A DNA stretch of 64,000 bases from positions 197,789 through 261,788 of IMG/VR virus record IMGVR_UViG_3300028829_003504. The stretch is one strand, 5' to 3'. Position 1 is the stretch's first letter. Every line of letters begins with the position of its first letter. A program made the position numbers and the translations under genes. The notes under the pieces were generated by a model that was given only the letters and a program-made list of their open reading frames with translations, had not been told where the DNA came from and did no database searches. This document shows positions 60,382-64,000 of this stretch, one piece after another.

Positions 60382-60546
60382 TATAGCCAAATCTTAAACG
60401 TTCGTATTGTATATCATACGAACATTGAAGGAGGTGGGCCCACGTCTCCCAGACTACTACCTCTGGGTAATAAAAATGTAGTAGAGCGATGTCTCGGCCC
60501 TCCTAATAAGAGGGCTTCCTTAATTAAATTGGAGTGGTATGTGAAC
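60371..60546 (+). repeat. structured intergenic element, long copy
   Basis: Collinear with 60944-61027 apart from two insertions (12 nt and about 80 nt) and a few substitutions. Confidence 0.85.
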
Positions 60547-60581
60547 CCACCCATCATAATCCAAAACTTTAGGAATTAACT

Positions 60582-60959
60582 ATGAAAGTTATATTAGTAA
60601 GCCAGTCATCCGTTAAAATGGAAAACAACGCTATCGTCATATTCGGCAGACGCGGTAAGAAGATTGCAGAAGAACTGAAGGCAGTAGCTGACTTAAGTAA
60701 GAAAGTTAAAGGCTCAGTTCCTATGATGGATACTGACATAATGAAAGTAGTAGGACTTCTGCAGGTAAGCAAACAGAAAATTGCAGAGATACCTGCGGAT
60801 AACTTAAAAACATTACGTGACTACGGCCCTAAATTGCTTTCCTACTGCAAGATGTATAAGAAATTAAATGCAGCCTCTTATGAACGTGACGATTGGTTAA
60901 AAAGTGCAGGTAAGAGTAAATCGCAAATAGGCAATATAAGCACTAAACTTAGAGTATAG
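60582..60959 (+). CDS. small protein (MKVILVSQSS)
   Basis: 125 aa, AGGA RBS. Confidence 0.75.
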   Translation: MKVILVSQSSVKMENNAIVIFGRRGKKIAEELKAVADLSKKVKGSVPMMDTDIMKVVGLLQVSKQKIAEIPADNLKTLRDYGPKLLSYCKMYKKLNAASYERDDWLKSAGKSKSQIGNISTKLRV

Positions 60960-61027
60960 CCAAATCTTAAACGTTCGTACGGACATTGAAGGATGGCTTC
61001 CTTAATTAAATTGGAGTGGTATGTGAA
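60944..61027 (+). repeat. structured intergenic element, short copy
   Basis: TAAACTTAGAGTATAGCCAAATCTTAAACGTTCGTACGGACATTGAAGGATGGCTTCCTTAATTAAATTGGAGTGGTATGTGAA. Confidence 0.85.
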
Positions 61028-61034
61028 ACCTATT

Positions 61035-61478
61035 ATGATAGCACTTAGCGCAGGGTTGCACTTTGATGATTTTGTACGCGGGTCATTCAAAGCAGAAACA
61101 ATAGAAAAAGAAGGCAGTGCATTAGTCTTCACCACCACTCTAGTCGGCAAGGCAACTAAAGCCCCTGACTATAAGAAGAACCAGCTTATACGGAACTTCT
61201 TAATTAAACTAGGTGAGTGGACTCAAGCCCATCTAGATGAATTACATTCACAGGGTATTAAAGAAATACGAGTATCACCTATAGTAGAAGACCTTATGGG
61301 TAGACTACGAAGAACATCAGGTAGCTCTAGATTCTACTTGAACAGCAAAGAGACTTCGTTTCATATTGTTGTTGGTAAAAACTACTTATTACTATCTGTT
61401 CCTGAGAAGAAAGTCAGCACGATTGACAACAAGGCACAGCTAGCCAATCTACGTAACATATTAAAGGGTAACACCTAA
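61035..61478 (+). CDS. small protein (MIALSAG)
   Basis: ATG 61035 preferred because the 60993 start lies inside the repeat element. Confidence 0.6.
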   Translation: MIALSAGLHFDDFVRGSFKAETIEKEGSALVFTTTLVGKATKAPDYKKNQLIRNFLIKLGEWTQAHLDELHSQGIKEIRVSPIVEDLMGRLRRTSGSSRFYLNSKETSFHIVVGKNYLLLSVPEKKVSTIDNKAQLANLRNILKGNT

Positions 61479-61819
61479 TGAAAATCTTTATAAGTCAAAG
61501 CGGTACTGGTACTCCTAAGAACATAGCTAAACTTTTAACAGGCCGTGAAGCGGAGCAGATTACACAAGCATTGAAAGTAGTTAAGAAGGACTTAGCCCTT
61601 ACCTTTACTCAAAGGGGTACTCCTAACGTATACGTACCTAATCGTGACGTTCAGAGTTTAGAGCAAGACTTTTTGATTGAAATCTTCGAAACCGAAAATA
61701 GACATAAGAATCTGGGTTTGATGACCGACTCTAAAGATAGAAACATATTCTACATAGTAGATGCCGATACTGACGAAGCCTCGCCTCGTAGGTTAGGCGC
61801 TCTATTCACTAAGGCTTAG
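61478..61819 (+). CDS. small protein (MKIFISQSG)
   Basis: 113 aa, TAATG coupled. Confidence 0.75.
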   Translation: MKIFISQSGTGTPKNIAKLLTGREAEQITQALKVVKKDLALTFTQRGTPNVYVPNRDVQSLEQDFLIEIFETENRHKNLGLMTDSKDRNIFYIVDADTDEASPRRLGALFTKA

Positions 61820-61827
61820 GAGCTATC

Positions 61828-62844
61828 ATGAAGAAAGTAGAATTTCTAAGGTTCCAGTGGTACGTATACTTACAATCTAAGCCCGTCGCACTGAATGACA
61901 TACATGGTACTGACGGAGAAGAATACGACATTGATGTAGACCGTAAAGAGAAGTTTGGATTACACTTCGACGGTAAGAAGTATTGGTTCATGATGGACGA
62001 CCCTCTAGATGTAGCCTTTGAGATAGATAAGCATAACGCTGAACTGCTAACAAAGAACAGTCGTGGCTTTACAGGCAAGATTGGAGGCAAGGTAGTTGTT
62101 AAAGGAGGTGACTTTGCCTCTCTTGATAAGAAGCCTAATGGTACTGGTCCTGCTAGAGGAGACTCTGACAAAGGTCCTAAACGCTCTGGTGTAGGTGTTA
62201 CTAAAGTGATTAGTTACGTACAGAAATCCCTTAATGCACGACCTAAGCCTAAGCAAGTTAAGATTAGTTTACGTGCCGTTGAAGAAGACGTTAAGTTCAC
62301 TTTCGGTTTATCACACCCACCTAGCCAAGCTATATGGGATATGGTTAAAGAAGCTGAACCTTACCTAGGGTTAAAGATTAAAATCAATACTGACGTGGTT
62401 CTTATTTGTGAAAGCGAGAAAGTACCTACTGCATTGATAACTACCTTTAGTAAGAAGCTCGGTCGTAAAGCAATCTACATTAACTTGACGCCTAGTGAGT
62501 TAGCATCTATCAGTCATACAGGTAGAGTTGACCCCGCCCAGTGTGCAGCAGCCATTACCCATGAGCTTGCCCATTACGTGTATCACGAGGCTATTCGCAA
62601 TTCAGATCTAAGGAAGTGGAAACTTGAAGTGGCTGCGTTGAAATTTCACGCAGACCAATATAACCACGGTCAAGGTTATCCCTGGCATGATGAACACTTT
62701 GCGATGCTTTGTGAGCATATGGTCCATGGCCATTCAGCCCGTAGGTTAAATTCTACAATAGGATTAGGTATTGCGGAAAAGTACTTCGATAATGTCTTTT
62801 TGAAAGGCGATGAAAACAGTAAACTATATCCACCTAAGAAGTAA
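61828..62844 (+). CDS. putative Zn metallopeptidase (HExxH) with N-terminal beta domain
   Basis: AITHELAHYV, downstream DEHFA; AGGAG RBS. Confidence 0.7.
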   Translation: MKKVEFLRFQWYVYLQSKPVALNDIHGTDGEEYDIDVDRKEKFGLHFDGKKYWFMMDDPLDVAFEIDKHNAELLTKNSRGFTGKIGGKVVVKGGDFASLDKKPNGTGPARGDSDKGPKRSGVGVTKVISYVQKSLNARPKPKQVKISLRAVEEDVKFTFGLSHPPSQAIWDMVKEAEPYLGLKIKINTDVVLICESEKVPTALITTFSKKLGRKAIYINLTPSELASISHTGRVDPAQCAAAITHELAHYVYHEAIRNSDLRKWKLEVAALKFHADQYNHGQGYPWHDEHFAMLCEHMVHGHSARRLNSTIGLGIAEKYFDNVFLKGDENSKLYPPKK

Positions 62845-62852
62845 ACTGTAAA
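62843..62852 (+). promoter_or_regulatory. AAACTGTAAA motif
   Basis: Overlaps upstream stop, precedes endonuclease leader. Confidence 0.5.
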
Positions 62853-62859
62853 GCATAAC

Positions 62860-62942
62860 CAACTAGTTAGGGACAGGGCCGGCCAGCCTTTCAAAGAACC
62901 CTTTATTCTGAGATTACCTACTAGTTGTTTTCTATAAAGGGT
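62860..62942 (+). promoter_or_regulatory. RBS-sequestering leader structure
   Basis: ACCCTTTAT 62898-62906 / ATAAAGGGT 62934-62942 covers the AAGGG RBS; CAACTAGT 62860-62867 / ACTAGTTG 62920-62927 is a crossing helix. Confidence 0.5.
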
Positions 62943-62948
62943 AGAACT

Positions 62949-63785
62949 ATGTCAAAATCAAATAGACTACAAGAATTCAATTCTTGGCTGGTCTCTAAAC
63001 CGAACATCACTATCGTAGGTGATATCCCCAATAAAGCTTGGACTAAGGTGACTCTGACCTGTTCAGACCATGCGTTTACTTGGAGTACAAGTCCCGGTAA
63101 CATAAGACCTGATCGTATAGGCTGTAAGCACTGCGCCTCGAATAAATTCATAAAGCCTTTCTGGACTAAATACAATTCACTAGAACACCTACGCATAATT
63201 AAAGGGGTGCCTTTAAAGGGCTCTGATTCAATTACGTTCCACTGCACTAAGCACGAACATGTTTGGGACATGACAGTACAATCATTTGCTAGGTGGAAAC
63301 ACGGATGTAAGCTCTGTGCCCAAGAAGCTAGTATATCGTCATCTAACGGTTATACTAATTGGAAATCAGTTAGACTGGGCGACACCTGTGTTAAAGTTCA
63401 CGGGTACGAAGACCACGCCATTCGCTATGTGCTAAGTAAGAACATTAAAGCCAATGACCTTCTAGTTCACGGTTCTCATAAAGTACCTACTATTCGCTAC
63501 AACGGCAATAGAAACTATTTCCCGGACTTGTTTATACCTAGTATGAATCGCATAGTTGAAGTTAAATCTTTGTATACTCTAGGCTTCAACCTTAGGGCGA
63601 CTACTGAGGATTCTATATTTAGAGGTAAAAGACGATTCGACAATCTTTTACAGAAACGTCTAGCAGTTCGCCAATCTGGCTTTAAGTTTAAGCTATTGGT
63701 TTTTAACAACGCAGGAGCGTTAATAGGGCTACCTAAGAAATGGTGGACTTATTCATACTCTGACCTTAAACAAACATTTACATAG
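62949..63785 (+). CDS. putative homing endonuclease: two Zn-finger repeats plus PD-(D/E)xK nuclease
   Basis: CxxH...W...GCxxC x2; YFPDLFIPSMNRIVEVKS. Confidence 0.65.
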   Translation: MSKSNRLQEFNSWLVSKPNITIVGDIPNKAWTKVTLTCSDHAFTWSTSPGNIRPDRIGCKHCASNKFIKPFWTKYNSLEHLRIIKGVPLKGSDSITFHCTKHEHVWDMTVQSFARWKHGCKLCAQEASISSSNGYTNWKSVRLGDTCVKVHGYEDHAIRYVLSKNIKANDLLVHGSHKVPTIRYNGNRNYFPDLFIPSMNRIVEVKSLYTLGFNLRATTEDSIFRGKRRFDNLLQKRLAVRQSGFKFKLLVFNNAGALIGLPKKWWTYSYSDLKQTFT

Positions 63786-63793
63786 GATCTAAT

Positions 63794-64000
63794 ATGAAAG
63801 TCTTTGTGTCTAATAGTGGGGAGGTTAGAGTATTACCTTTCCCTAAAATACAAAACTATAATCAAGCGTTACGTTTAGCTAAGACACTAGCACCTCGCTT
63901 ACCTGAAGTTAGAGTGGATATATCACCTGACGTATTAGTTAAGGCCGCCTTTGATATAGCACAGATTGTTCAGGCACTATCTAGATTCGTTGACGATAGT
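63794..64000 (+). CDS. protein starting MKVFVSNSG, truncated by window end
   Basis: AGGA RBS, ATG 63794, frame open to the end. Confidence 0.7.
   Translation, partial: MKVFVSNSGEVRVLPFPKIQNYNQALRLAKTLAPRLPEVRVDISPDVLVKAAFDIAQIVQALSRFVDDS

Noticed and set aside
60381-60560. tRNA or known self-cleaving ribozyme (GTATAGCCAA start, AGTGGT; pistol/HDV/hammerhead-like pieces)
   Set aside because: No cloverleaf or TTCGA T-loop; no CTGANGA/GAAA hammerhead core; the P2 of pistol and nested P1/P1.1 of HDV cannot be built. Kept as an unknown structured element
248-63709. Numerous minus-strand ORFs of 60-190 aa in the track
   Set aside because: Nearly all lie antisense to long, motif-bearing + strand genes, lack RBS or recognisable motifs, and look like shadow ORFs
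1-64000. Alternative genetic code (stop-codon recoding)
   Set aside because: Standard-code ORFs tile the window densely with intact motifs, and TAA, TAG and TGA all serve as stops

Overview
A 64-kb segment of a large, AT-rich (roughly 40% G+C by eye) lytic myophage genome. Genes are densely packed, use the standard code, and all credible ones lie on the + strand; minus-strand ORFs look like shadows. Left half: SbcC/SbcD (gp46/gp47-like) nuclease, a histone H1-like protein, an HNH, a 1944-aa SNF2 ATPase, an HD hydrolase, family A DNA polymerase with an N-terminal UDG-like domain, QueE-like radical SAM, a sliding-clamp-like protein, an SF2 helicase, an Acb1-like 2H phosphoesterase and a J-domain protein. 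Right half: contractile tail sheath, Ig-like and Calx-beta fibre-type proteins, NAD-dependent ligase, a membrane diguanylate cyclase (GGEEF), a GT2-TPR glycosyltransferase, a prohead protease, a run of small genes sharing an N-terminal S-x-S motif, a HExxH peptidase and a homing-endonuclease-like gene. Gene content recalls phiRSL1/Lu11/PaBG-type jumbo phages (recalled similarity, not a search result). Most interesting: (1) the S-x-S-[A/S/G] leader motif beside the protease, a candidate capsid targeting/cleavage code; (2) an intact phage diguanylate cyclase, plus Acb1-like and HD enzymes acting on nucleotide signals; (3) a duplicated structured intergenic element whose copies differ by insertions at hairpin tips, one holding an H-type pseudoknot; (4) structured 5' leaders and a candidate AAACTGTAAA promoter motif. 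All functional calls come from visible motifs only.
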